This document shows, in pieces, positions 1-8,866 of a DNA stretch of 64,000 nt (the stretch's first letter is position 1; each line of letters opens with the position of its first letter). The stretch covers positions 13,588 to 77,587 of the forward strand of contig JAISQM010000009.1 of the NCBI GenBank assembly GCA_031274195.1. The letters are read 5' to 3'. The notes under the pieces are model-generated. The model made no database searches. It was not told where the DNA came from and saw only the letters and a list, made by a program, of their open reading frames with translations. Source of the stretch: Eubacteriales Family XIII. Incertae Sedis bacterium (GTDB taxonomy: Bacteria; Bacillota; Clostridia; Peptostreptococcales; Anaerovoracaceae). The translations under genes and the position numbers were made by a program.

Positions 1-67
1 CCGTCATAAATGGGAAGTTTGTTTCGATAGACTCGGTTAAACCGGGAAAGGAGAAAGGTGATTCATA

Positions 68-292
68 ATGGAAAAGAAACTCAAGGAAGCCTTGGAAAAG
101 ATAAGACCCTATCTGCAGAGAGATGGCGGAGATGTGGAATTTATCGATTATACCGACGAGCAGGTTGTGCAAATTCGGTTGCTCGGCCATTGTGCGGGCT
201 GTCCTCACGCGCAGGCGACCATCAAGGGCGGCATTGAGCGGCTGCTGAAGGAGGAATATCCCGAAATCAGCAGCGTCGAAGCGGTCAAGTGA
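68..292 (+). CDS. NifU-like (Nfu-type) Fe-S cluster domain protein
   Basis: 74-aa ORF with a GGAGAAAGG RBS upstream. CxxC motif in LLGHCAGCPHAQATIKGG and the N-terminal ALEKIRPYLQRDGGDVEF match the NifU C-terminal domain family. Confidence 0.8.
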   Translation: MEKKLKEALEKIRPYLQRDGGDVEFIDYTDEQVVQIRLLGHCAGCPHAQATIKGGIERLLKEEYPEISSVEAVK

Positions 293-321
293 GCCGCGCG
301 ACATTTGCCGGAGAGGGTGGG

Positions 322-1767
322 ATGGAATACAGAGATAAAATCGACGCATATAAAGACGAAATCGTCGCCATGTTCCGGGAACTGATCGCCATAAAGAGCG
401 TGCGAGGCGAACCTTTGGATGGGCAGCCGTTTGGCGCGGAGGTTCACAGAGCCTACGAATACATGTTGGCGCGGGGTCGGGCGGACGACTTTGACGTCGC
501 AGACGTGGACGGATTTGGCGGCCACATCGAGTGGCAGGGTCTGGAGCTTGACGAAAACGGGGAGATCATTGCCACCGCAGACGAGACGTTGGGGATTCCG
601 GTTCATCTCGACGTCGTGCCGGAAGGTACTGACTGGACACATGACCCATTTGGCGGAGAAATCGCGGACGGGAAGATCTACGGCAGAGGCGCCACGGACA
701 ACAAGGATGCTGTCGTAGCGGTCTACTACGCGCTGAAGGCGCTGAAAGACAGCGGCTATATTCCAAAGAAGAACATCCGAATCATATTGGGACTCGACGA
801 AGAAACGGGTTGGTCCGGCATGGATAAATACCTAAAATCCGTCGGCAGTCCGGACTTCGGTTTTGTGCCGGACGCGGATTTTCCGGCCATCAACGGCGAG
901 ATGGGTATCATCGATTTTGAGTTGGCGAAGAAGTTGGAAAAGACCAACGAAAAGGGCATTGCGTTGCGGAGCATCAGCGGCGGCAACGCATCGAACATGG
1001 TACCTGATTATGCGAGAGCCATCATCATGGACGATGTCAACAAAAACTACGATGCCGTCAAGGAGAAGATCGCCGCGTTCCGGGAGAGAACCGGATATAA
1101 GGTTCGCGGGAAAGGCGTCGGCAGAGCGTTTGAGATTTCGGTTCGCGGCCTGTCCGCGCATGGCGCGCATCCCGATTTGGGTCTCAACGCCATTTCGATT
1201 CTCATGGAATTTCTCGACGAGATAGGGCTTGCGAATGAGAGCATTCGTGACTTCATCGCCTTTTACCGATCGCATCTTGGTTTTGAATTGGATGGCACGG
1301 GATTGGGGATCGGCTTCAGCGACGAGCCCTCGGGCAAATTGATTTTGAATGTCGGCATGATCGGCATGGACGCCGAGGCCGTCATCGTGACCATCAATGT
1401 GCGTTATCCCGTCACGATGCGCGAGGAACAGATCTACGAGGCGATGTTGCCGCTGATCCATCGGTACGATCTGGGCATCGTCAAAGGCGGTTCCAAGCCG
1501 CCCATCTATTTCGCGGCGGACGACCCCTTCATCGAAACGCTCATGGAGGTCTACCGTGAGAACACAGGAGATGAGGAGAGCAAACCGATGGTCATCGGCG
1601 GCGGAACCTACGCCAGAGCCATCCCGAACGCGGTCGCCTTCGGCCCGCTGTTTCCTGACAGTCCGAACCTCGCCCATCAGACGGACGAGTATGCCACCAT
1701 AGACGCCCTCATGAAAATCACGCACATCTATGCCGACGCCATCTATAAATTGACAGGCGGCGTTTGA
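322..1767 (+). CDS. pepV: M20-family dipeptidase (PepV/Sapep-like)
   Basis: Motifs HLDVVPEG..W..DPF, GRGATDNKD, LGLDEETG and C-terminal GGGTYAR are typical of PepV-type M20 dipeptidases. ATG 322 follows GAGAGGGTGGG; the ORF track opens at GTG 289, so the start is uncertain. Confidence 0.85.
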   Translation: MEYRDKIDAYKDEIVAMFRELIAIKSVRGEPLDGQPFGAEVHRAYEYMLARGRADDFDVADVDGFGGHIEWQGLELDENGEIIATADETLGIPVHLDVVPEGTDWTHDPFGGEIADGKIYGRGATDNKDAVVAVYYALKALKDSGYIPKKNIRIILGLDEETGWSGMDKYLKSVGSPDFGFVPDADFPAINGEMGIIDFELAKKLEKTNEKGIALRSISGGNASNMVPDYARAIIMDDVNKNYDAVKEKIAAFRERTGYKVRGKGVGRAFEISVRGLSAHGAHPDLGLNAISILMEFLDEIGLANESIRDFIAFYRSHLGFELDGTGLGIGFSDEPSGKLILNVGMIGMDAEAVIVTINVRYPVTMREEQIYEAMLPLIHRYDLGIVKGGSKPPIYFAADDPFIETLMEVYRENTGDEESKPMVIGGGTYARAIPNAVAFGPLFPDSPNLAHQTDEYATIDALMKITHIYADAIYKLTGGV

Positions 1768-1792
1768 CGGCATATAATAAGGTTTATAAAAA

Positions 1793-1955
1793 TCTGTTTC
1801 GGGGCGGGGCGCAATTCCCCACCGGCGGTGAAGGGCAGGGCTTGGCCGAGAGGCGATCCGAAGTCACGAGTCCGCGAGCAGGACGCGCAAGAGCACGCAT
1901 CCCGCAGAATCGGTAAAATCCGATACCGACGGTTAAAGTCCGGATGAAAGAAACG
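1793..1955 (+). promoter_or_regulatory. FMN riboswitch (RFN element) aptamer
   Basis: Conserved RFN blocks are readable: TTTCGGGGCGGGGCGCAATTCCCCACCGGCGGT ... AGTCCGCGAGC ... CAGAATCGGTAAAATCCGATACCGACGGTTAAAGTCCGGATGAAAGAAACG. It lies directly upstream of a riboflavin-transporter gene. Confidence 0.85.
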
Positions 1956-1977
1956 AGCATTCTATATGAATGACGAT

Positions 1978-2007
1978 GCCCCCTTGAAGCGGTTCGGGGG
2001 CTTTTTT
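1978..2007 (+). terminator. Intrinsic terminator (riboswitch expression platform)
   Basis: GCCCCC ... GGGGGC stem followed by TTTTTT, placed between the aptamer and the ribU RBS. Confidence 0.7.
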
Positions 2008-2040
2008 ATGTCCCCGATGTACGAAAGGGAGGAATTACAG

Positions 2041-2634
2041 ATGAAAATCGAAAGAGCAAGCGAACGAATCAACGAAACGAGACACGGCGCGGCACCGTCC
2101 CGCGGGCGGACGGTCAAATTGACCAAAATGGGTATGCTGGTGGCCATCTCCGTGGTCTTCTCCTTCATACATTTCCCGATTCTGCCGACGGCGCCGTTTC
2201 TCGAATACGAATTGTCGGACATCCCGATTTTGGTCGGCGGCTTTGTCTTTGGCCCCGTTGCCGGACTCGTCATCGCCGTGGTATCCATCCTGTTGCATGA
2301 CCTGATCGCCGGCTCGAGCAGCGGCCCCTACGGCACGATCATGCACATCATCGCGGTGGGCGTGTGCGTGTTGGTCTCGGCATTCATCTACAAAAAAAAG
2401 AAGACCAAAAAAGGCGCCTGCATCGCTCTATGCGCGGGCGGATTGGCCATGACCGCCGTGATGCTGCCGGCCAATCTCGTCATCACGCCCCTGTTTATGG
2501 GTCTGCCCATCAGTGCCGTGCGGGAGATGCTGCTGCCCGCCATCCTGCCGTTCAACCTGATAAAGGCGGCGCTCAACGCCGTGATCGTGTACATCTTTTA
2601 CAAGATGGTATCACCGTTTTTGCACCGCTGGTGA
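2041..2634 (+). CDS. ribU: ECF-transporter S component, riboflavin transporter RibU
   Basis: Multi-TM protein (FIHFPILPTAPFLEYELSDIPILVGGFVFGPVAGL...) directly behind the FMN riboswitch. ATG 2041 is preceded by GGGAGG and lies downstream of the terminator; the ORF track start at 1966 falls inside the leader. Confidence 0.85.
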   Translation: MKIERASERINETRHGAAPSRGRTVKLTKMGMLVAISVVFSFIHFPILPTAPFLEYELSDIPILVGGFVFGPVAGLVIAVVSILLHDLIAGSSSGPYGTIMHIIAVGVCVLVSAFIYKKKKTKKGACIALCAGGLAMTAVMLPANLVITPLFMGLPISAVREMLLPAILPFNLIKAALNAVIVYIFYKMVSPFLHRW

Positions 2635-2647
2635 GGTGATAGAGAAC

Positions 2648-2686
2648 GTGTCAAGGGGACGTATAATTTGACACACTGACGCCCCC
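2648..2686. repeat. Intergenic repeat copy A (full length), containing the palindrome GTGTCAA-N13-TTGACAC
   Basis: GTGTCAAGGGGACGTATAATTTGACACACTGACGCCCCCG. Its 5' half recurs at 5032 and 5683 and its 3' half at 7104. Confidence 0.6.
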
Positions 2687-2713
2687 GTTATGTCTTACAA
2701 TCCCCACATCCGT

Positions 2714-4117
2714 TCAATGCGTAAAGCCGTGAATCTTCCGCGCCGGCTCGTCGGAATCCAGAATGCGGGCGTGATTCAGTTCGTCGACCGCCTGCCGGAA
2801 ATCCTCCGCAAACTCATACGCCATATTCATCGCGAAATCAGCCCTCACCACATAACGCTGAATAATCGTATCCTGAAGGGCTTCGGGCAGCGGATAGGCC
2901 GGAGCCTGCCAGCCCTTCATCTGCAGACGATCCGCCAAATCGTAAAGCGTCCACCGCACATCCGCGCCGTCCTTCAATGTATAACACACGATGGGCAGTC
3001 TGCTTCCGTCATTGTAAATCTCAAAATACCCCGTGTCCTCCACGGTCTTGGCCAGAAACACAGCCACATCCTTGGTTCTCTCGTGAATCTTCCTGTAGCC
3101 CTCGTGACCGTATCGCAAGAAATTGTAGTACTGCCCCAGCACTGGACTGGCGCTGCGCGAAAAATTGATGGCCATCGTCGGCGTTTCCCCGCCCAAATAA
3201 CTGACCTTGAAGATCAGTTCCTTCGGCAGATACGCCTCGTCTTTCCAGACAATCCAACCGATTCCCGGATAGACCAGTCCGTATTTGTGGCCGGAGGTAT
3301 TGATGGAAATCACATTTTCCAATCGGAAATCCCATCTCAGCTCCGGTTCCATAAACGGCGTGTACAGCCCGCCGGATGCGGCGTCTACGTGTATGGGAAC
3401 CGTAATTTTCGCACGCTCGTTGTAGACCCGCAGCTTTTCGTCCAACGCCTCTATGTCGTCGTATTGCCCCGTATAGGTGATGCCCAGAATACCGACGACG
3501 CCTATGGTGTAGTCGTCCACCAAGGCCATCGCCGCATCCGCGTCCACACTCATACGCTCCCTGCTCATGGGAACCGTCCGCAGCTCGATGTCCCAATAGA
3601 CGCAGAACTTCTCCCAACAGACCTGATAGCCCGACGATATGACGAGATTGGGTTTCCGCGCGGAGACATCGATTCCGGCCGCCGCAGCCCTGTTTCTCCA
3701 ACGAAATTTCATCGCCATGCCGCCCAACATGCAGGCTTCGCTGCTGCCCACGGTGGATGTCCCCAGATAGTTCGCGTCATTCGGCACATTCCACAGATCC
3801 GCGATGATATTGACGCAACGATTCTCTATCTCGGCGGTGCGCGGGTATTCGCTCTTGTCGATGGCGTTCTTCTCCAGCGTTTCCCCCATGAGCTTCGTCG
3901 CCTCGTCCTCCATATAGGTTTGGCAGAAGGTGGCGAGATTCTGACGGGCCACGCCCTCGTCCAACAGCTCGTCCTTCACGAGCCGATAGGCTATCCTCGG
4001 CTCTATGGACTCCGGATTGAGCTTATACTTGGGAATATCTCGATCCGAAGCGGGCGAACCGAATACCGGATTCACGTAGCTCCGCGCCTTGCTCTGATCA
4101 TCTTTGCCGTATAGCAT
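2714..4117 (-). CDS. gadB: Glutamate decarboxylase (PLP-dependent)
   Basis: 467 aa. The N-terminus (KYKLNPESIEPRIAYRLVKDELLDEG..NLATFCQTYME), the SGHKYGLVYPGIGW PLP-lysine motif and the length all fit the Gad family. Confidence 0.9.
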   Translation of the reverse strand: MLYGKDDQSKARSYVNPVFGSPASDRDIPKYKLNPESIEPRIAYRLVKDELLDEGVARQNLATFCQTYMEDEATKLMGETLEKNAIDKSEYPRTAEIENRCVNIIADLWNVPNDANYLGTSTVGSSEACMLGGMAMKFRWRNRAAAAGIDVSARKPNLVISSGYQVCWEKFCVYWDIELRTVPMSRERMSVDADAAMALVDDYTIGVVGILGITYTGQYDDIEALDEKLRVYNERAKITVPIHVDAASGGLYTPFMEPELRWDFRLENVISINTSGHKYGLVYPGIGWIVWKDEAYLPKELIFKVSYLGGETPTMAINFSRSASPVLGQYYNFLRYGHEGYRKIHERTKDVAVFLAKTVEDTGYFEIYNDGSRLPIVCYTLKDGADVRWTLYDLADRLQMKGWQAPAYPLPEALQDTIIQRYVVRADFAMNMAYEFAEDFRQAVDELNHARILDSDEPARKIHGFTH

Positions 4118-4315
4118 CTGCTTTCACCTCCGCACTATTTCAAATCTCCGCGCCGGCCATCCGTATCCGTGGGCGTGATGGCGTGTTCTCCTTTGCATTT
4201 TATTTATCATACCATACGGCGACGAGCCGCAACAGGTCCCAATTCCCTGCTGTGAAAATAGCGTAACAAATATTTTCGCAAAGTGATATACTATTCACAA
4301 AGGAGTTTCGAGTTA

Positions 4316-4762
4316 ATGAACATCTACTTGGATAATTGTTGCTATAGTCGGCCGTTTGACGATCAAGGACAAGACCGCATCCATCTTGAAAGTGAAGCGG
4401 TGCTTGCAATAATCAAACGGGGAAGGTTAAAGCAGGATAATATTTGGGGAAGCCCCGCGCTGAAACTTGAAATGGATGGGATAAACGATATTACAAAGAA
4501 AGAAAAAGTGGAACTGCTTTATCAAATCGCAAGAAATGAGATAACTTTTTCAGATGACATTGCGTTGCGGGCGAGCGATATAATGGGCCTTTCTTCAATT
4601 CGCTCATTTGATGCTATCCATATAGCAGCAGCGGAAAAAGGAGAGGTGGACTACTTTCTCACAACAGATACCAGACTTGAAAAAGCATGCGAAAAATTGT
4701 CGCTCAAGGTGAAGGTGATGAATCCATTGAAGTATATTGCGGAGGTGATTGAAGATGAATGA
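4316..4762 (+). CDS. PIN-domain protein (putative toxin ribonuclease)
   Basis: Begins MNIYLDNCCYSRPFDD (acidic PIN N-terminal motif) and later has FDAIHIAAAEKGEVDYFLTTD, the typical C-terminal PIN acidic residues. ATG 4316 follows AAAGGAG. Confidence 0.7.
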   Translation: MNIYLDNCCYSRPFDDQGQDRIHLESEAVLAIIKRGRLKQDNIWGSPALKLEMDGINDITKKEKVELLYQIARNEITFSDDIALRASDIMGLSSIRSFDAIHIAAAEKGEVDYFLTTDTRLEKACEKLSLKVKVMNPLKYIAEVIEDE

Positions 4763-4961
4763 AGATTTGGCGATAAATGTAAATAGCCCAACAGAAATAA
4801 GAAAAGCCGGTTTAACGGCGCTCAACGATGCGCTCGGTCCTGCGGGAACAACCATATTCATGCAACAATTCGAAAATGGATCCGGGGATTATACAAAAGA
4901 GAAATATCAAACCCCGGATGTTCCATTGGATGCGTTGGTTACAACACTAAAATTGCGATAA
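4749..4961 (+). CDS. Small protein overlapping the PIN gene end (possible cognate antitoxin or partner)
   Basis: 70-aa ORF overlapping the PIN stop, which suggests translational coupling. I recognise no domain; the call rests on context only. Confidence 0.35.
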   Translation: MKMNEDLAINVNSPTEIRKAGLTALNDALGPAGTTIFMQQFENGSGDYTKEKYQTPDVPLDALVTTLKLR

Positions 4962-4965
4962 GAAG

Positions 4966-5000
4966 AAGACGAGGGGGCGGTTCATGCATCCCCTCGTCTT
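4966..5000. terminator. Hairpin terminator between convergent genes
   Basis: Perfect 11-bp stem AAGACGAGGGG / CCCCTCGTCTT with a 13-nt loop. On the minus strand the hairpin is followed by the pyrimidine-rich run CTTCTTATCGC (not a canonical T-tract). Confidence 0.5.
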
Positions 5001-5031
5001 ATGACGCCTAAACGCTCAACGCGTTGGAGGG

Positions 5032-5072
5032 AGTCAAGGGGACGTATACCTGGCTCTCTGAGTCACCCGCCC
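5032..5072. repeat. Intergenic repeat copy B
   Basis: GTCAAGGGGACGTATA is identical to copy A over 16 nt and is followed by GAGTCACCCGCCCC. Confidence 0.55.
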
Positions 5073-5081
5073 CTATCACCA

Positions 5082-5607
5082 CTAAATTTCAACGTTTCTT
5101 ACATAACCCGTATTTTTCCCGTTGCCGACTTTACGAATCATGCCTTCTTTTTGAAGCGTGGAAAGTGCGCGTTCGACTGTGGATTCGGAGACGTCGGGCA
5201 ATACAGTCAATAACTCTTTCTTTGTCACCTTACCCGGCTTGTTGTCAAAATAATCAAGCATTCTTTCTCCGGCGGTCATTTTAAGCGAAGCTACTTTTTT
5301 CACTCGATTCGCAAAGTCTTTATATGCGCCGCAGATTACCCATAGGTAGTACTCAACAAAGGCGTTATATTGGTTTTTACCTGTATGCCATCCGGCGGAG
5401 CTTAACTGAAGTAAATATACCTTCAATACGATTGGAATGGTCGGCGCTTTGTATTTTTGCGATTTCAATAAGCGTTTCCAAAATATCAGATTTCGCTTTT
5501 TTATACAACGCCTGCTTGCCTTTATATTCATGTATTAACGCAATCATATTCACAATATTTGGTGTCAATAGTTCATCCAATTTATCGTAATACTCAAAAG
5601 TTTTCAT
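5082..5607 (-). pseudogene. Fic-family protein remnant (N-terminal region and C-terminal winged-helix retained, Fic core missing)
   Basis: ORF 5377-5607 resembles a Fic N-terminal region (IVNMIALIHEYKGKQALY...ADHSNRIEGI). ORF 5082-5531, in another frame, ends in a wHTH-like tail (KKELLTVLPDVSESTVERALSTLQKEGMIRKVG). No HPFxxGNGR motif appears in any frame between them. Confidence 0.55.
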
Positions 5608-5682
5608 GACAGGTCTCCTTCTGCATCATAGGCACTTGCTTCTGCCTCATTATAGCACAAAATGATGCAGAATAATTAGAGA

Positions 5683-5696
5683 GTCAATGGGACGTA
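5683..5696. repeat. Intergenic repeat copy C (short)
   Basis: GTCAATGGGACGTA differs from GTCAAGGGGACGTA at one position and sits in the gap between the Fic remnant and the ATPase gene. Confidence 0.45.
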
Positions 5697-5699
5697 CCA

Positions 5700-7025
5700 T
5701 CAAGCTTTCAAGCACCCAAGCGGCACGACCCATACACCATTCTTCATCTGAAAGGCATATTCTGTACCCGTAAGCACCATTAAAAAGGACGGTGCCGGTG
5801 TTTTATCCGTGTCGATGTTATCGCGAAACTTGATGAGATTTTCCGCAGCCTTTTCGATTTCACCGGCGCCCATTTTTATTTCTATTGCCGCCCAACGTGC
5901 ATCCCGCAATTGAATAATCGCGTCCACTTCAAAATTAATTTGGTCGCGGTAATGATAAACCGATCCGTCTAATGCGTCCGCATAGATGCGCAGATCCCGA
6001 ATGCACAGAGATTCAAACAGGTAGCCAAATGTCTTAAAATCGCTGAGCAATTTATCACTGTCCGCGCCCAACGCGGCGGTGGCGATGGAAGGGTCGGTGA
6101 AGTGCCGTTTTGCGGTGGTTCGGATGGCTCTTTTAGAACGCAAATGCGGACTCCATGCGGGCAGGTCTTCCACGACATACAGCTTTTTCAACGCAACGAT
6201 ATAATCGTTAATGGTCTTGTCCGACAGCCCTTCGTCGTTGGAAATCATATCCCGCAACAATGTGGCCGTGTTTGCCTGCGTCGATATATTTCGAGCGATA
6301 GAGCGCATGAGCGCATAAACCCGATCAGGATTCCGGCGGGCATCGTCAACGCTGGACATATCCTGATTGGCCACGGCATCCAAATAGTTGTATACCATGC
6401 GTAGCGCATAGGTTTCGTTTTCTTCCCCAACAGCTTCCGGCCAACCGCCTCTGGTGAGGATATGCGCAACCTGTTCGATGCTAAGCTTGTTTTGGTCAAA
6501 AAGATTCGACTTTCCGGCGAACAGGTCTATCAGCGAAATTCCCCCTGTGGATTCCCCCGATTCAAACAGCGACATGGTGCGCATAGTCATGCGGCTGATT
6601 CTGCCGGTGCCGGTATGCATATCTTTTGTATCCGGCGGTACGACTGAACCGGTGAGGATAAACTGACCTCGGGTACGGCGCTTATCAACGGCAAAGCGCA
6701 CTGCGTTCCACAAAACGGGTGCTTGCTGCCATTCGTCCAGCAACCGCGGTGTCTCGCCATCTAATAATTTCGAAGGTTTTGTGTCCGCAAGCAGCTTGTA
6801 TGTCTCTGCGTGATCCGGATCTTGCATATACAAAATGCTTTTTGACACTTCCTCGGCGGTGCGCGTTTTTCCGCACCACTTGGGTCCGACAATCAACACG
6901 GCTCCCGAGGTGGCCAACATCAGTTTTAATTTTTCATCCGCAATGCGCGATAAATATTTTTCATCCATGATTCTGCAAACCCTTTCAAGTGAGTTTAACA
7001 TATCATGAACTTCCGTATTTGTCAA
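5700..7025 (-). CDS. AAA-type ATPase with DUF4143-like C-terminus (COG1373-type)
   Basis: Walker A GPKWCGKTRTAEE, Walker B-like LLDEWQ, and a C-terminal region typical of the AAA_14/DUF4143 family. An alternative start is possible at ATG 6968 (MDEKYLSR). Confidence 0.8.
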   Translation of the reverse strand: MTNTEVHDMLNSLERVCRIMDEKYLSRIADEKLKLMLATSGAVLIVGPKWCGKTRTAEEVSKSILYMQDPDHAETYKLLADTKPSKLLDGETPRLLDEWQQAPVLWNAVRFAVDKRRTRGQFILTGSVVPPDTKDMHTGTGRISRMTMRTMSLFESGESTGGISLIDLFAGKSNLFDQNKLSIEQVAHILTRGGWPEAVGEENETYALRMVYNYLDAVANQDMSSVDDARRNPDRVYALMRSIARNISTQANTATLLRDMISNDEGLSDKTINDYIVALKKLYVVEDLPAWSPHLRSKRAIRTTAKRHFTDPSIATAALGADSDKLLSDFKTFGYLFESLCIRDLRIYADALDGSVYHYRDQINFEVDAIIQLRDARWAAIEIKMGAGEIEKAAENLIKFRDNIDTDKTPAPSFLMVLTGTEYAFQMKNGVWVVPLGCLKA

Positions 7026-7103
7026 CCATTCGGTTCCGGATTTGTCATGTATTCGATTCCGGATTTATCAAACATCCGACTCTTTACTATTTTGAGATGT
7101 AGC

Positions 7104-7139
7104 TGTCAATAATTTGACACACCGGCATCCCCTCGTCTT
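7104..7139. repeat. Intergenic repeat copy D (internal deletion; palindrome TGTCAA-TAAT-TTGACA)
   Basis: TGTCAATAATTTGACACACCGGCATCCCCTCGTCTT. TAATTTGACACAC matches copy A, and GCATCCCCTCGTCTT is identical to 4986-5000. Confidence 0.55.
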
Positions 7140-7189
7140 CTATTTATAATCGGCGAAAAATTGTCTCACGTGTGATACAATAATAGAAT

Positions 7190-7624
7190 ATGAATGAAAA
7201 CGCGAACACAATCACATTAAACGAACAGGAGCTGCGAGCCTATGGCCGCGCGCTCGGCGAGAGTCTGGAGCCGGGCGCGGTGCTCGCGCTCGTCGGCGAC
7301 CTCGGCGCCGGCAAGACCACGCTCACGAAGGCGATCGCCGAGGGTCTCGGCATAGAGGAACCTGTAACCAGCCCCACTTTCACGCTCATAGGCGAGTACG
7401 CCGGCGGTAGGCTTCCGCTCTATCATTTTGATGTGTACCGCATAGACGACCCGGACGAGATGAACGTGCTGGGCTACGAGGAATACTTCTACGGAAACGG
7501 TCTGACCGTCGTAGAATGGGCGGATAAGATATGGGAACTCCTTCCCGCGGACGCGATCGTCATCGAGCTTTCGTACGGGAAGAATGAAAACGAGCGCATC
7601 CTGCGCAAAAGGAACGCGAAATGA
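7190..7624 (+). CDS. tsaE: tRNA t6A37 biosynthesis ATPase TsaE
   Basis: GDLGAGKTTLTKAIAEGLG and SPTFTLIGEY..LYHFDVYR motifs, in the tsaE-tsaB-rimI-tsaD gene order. Confidence 0.9.
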   Translation: MNENANTITLNEQELRAYGRALGESLEPGAVLALVGDLGAGKTTLTKAIAEGLGIEEPVTSPTFTLIGEYAGGRLPLYHFDVYRIDDPDEMNVLGYEEYFYGNGLTVVEWADKIWELLPADAIVIELSYGKNENERILRKRNAK

Positions 7625-8424
7625 CGACGAAAGTCGATAAACTGAACAGACTATTGGCGGTGGAAACGACGGGACAGGTCGCCTCCGTCGCTTTGGCGCT
7701 GAAAAAAGACGACGCGTTTGACATCACGGAGCGGACAGCGCGGGAGCGACTGAACCATCTGACGGAATTGATACCGATGCTGCGCGACTTGCTCGCGTCG
7801 TCAGGACTTTCCCCCGCCGATATAGACGCGATCGCCGTGTCCGCGGGGCCGGGCTCTTTCACCGGAATAAGGATCGGCGTCTCGGCGGTACGCGCCTTGG
7901 CGCAGACCCTGAACATCCCCGTCGTCAAAGTCCCGACGCTCGAAACTTTTGCACATAAAGAACACAAAGGGGACGGTTCTTTTTGTGTCATAGAAGATTC
8001 CGCGCCCCCTGTCGTATGTCCCGTATTCGACGCGCGGCGCGGGCAGATGTACGCGGGCGCTTTCCGCCGCGCGGCGCACGGGGAGATCGAAAGACTCGTG
8101 CTGGGCGGCGCATACGACCCGCAGGCCTTTTTCGCCGCCCTGAGCACCGTCTTGTCGCAGTCCACCGCGAACCGAGAAATCACGTTTTTCGGCGACGGAC
8201 TCGACGTATTCAAAGACGATATATCGGCGTGGCGACCGCCCGGCGGCGCGAAAGTGCGGCTCGCACCGTCGTCGCACAGACTGCAGACGGCCTCACAGGT
8301 GGCGAAATGGGCGCTGTCGCACGGCGTATTATCCGATTACCGCCGGTTGGAACCCATTTATATGCGTCAGGCGGAAGCACAGCGCAAGTTGGAAGAAAGG
8401 CGGGCGCGCGGTGAATTGGATTAG
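7621..8424 (+). CDS. tsaB: tRNA t6A37 biosynthesis protein TsaB
   Basis: LAVETTGQVASVAL and AVSAGPGSFTGIRIGVS motifs; overlaps the tsaE stop. Confidence 0.85.
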   Translation: MTTKVDKLNRLLAVETTGQVASVALALKKDDAFDITERTARERLNHLTELIPMLRDLLASSGLSPADIDAIAVSAGPGSFTGIRIGVSAVRALAQTLNIPVVKVPTLETFAHKEHKGDGSFCVIEDSAPPVVCPVFDARRGQMYAGAFRRAAHGEIERLVLGGAYDPQAFFAALSTVLSQSTANREITFFGDGLDVFKDDISAWRPPGGAKVRLAPSSHRLQTASQVAKWALSHGVLSDYRRLEPIYMRQAEAQRKLEERRARGELD

Positions 8425-8866
8425 AATCAGGCGGACGACGCCGGACGATGTGGATGCCATGTCCGACTTGGATCGGATATGTTTCGCGGCACCGTGGACG
8501 CGGGGTGATTTTGAAAAAGAGGTTGGACAAAATATTTTGGCTACCTATATGGTGGCGGAGTCGGGCGGGCAATTGATCGGATACGCGGGCATATGGGTCG
8601 TGATCGATGAGGGGCATATCACAAATGTAGCCATCCATCCGGACCGGAGGGACCAAGGCATCGCGACCATGCTGCTCTCGGAGCTTCTGGAGGCCGCGCG
8701 CCAAATGGGAGCGCGACGTTTCACGCTTGAGGTGCGGCCGTCCAACGCGAGCGCCGTCGCCCTCTACGAAAAGTTCGGATTCCGCACGAAAGGTTATCGA
8801 AAAGGTTATTACGGGGACAATGGGGAGGATGCCGCGATCATGTGGCTGTTCGAAGATGAAGATTGA
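8411..8866 (+). CDS. rimI: Ribosomal-protein-alanine N-acetyltransferase RimI
   Basis: 151-aa GNAT (HITNVAIHPDRRDQGIATMLL, ALYEKFGF) in the conserved position between tsaB and tsaD. Confidence 0.85.
   Translation: MNWIRIRRTTPDDVDAMSDLDRICFAAPWTRGDFEKEVGQNILATYMVAESGGQLIGYAGIWVVIDEGHITNVAIHPDRRDQGIATMLLSELLEAARQMGARRFTLEVRPSNASAVALYEKFGFRTKGYRKGYYGDNGEDAAIMWLFEDED

Noticed and set aside
2690-4114. 474-aa plus-strand ORF covering the gadB region
   Set aside because: It is antisense to a textbook glutamate decarboxylase. Its translation is Arg/His/Pro/Gly-rich, low-complexity shadow sequence with no motif, a typical GC-rich antisense artefact.
5001-5284. Small plus-strand ORFs (70 and 86 aa) downstream of the PIN pair
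   Set aside because: They overlap the repeat copy and the minus-strand Fic remnant, lack an RBS, and translate to low-complexity sequence.
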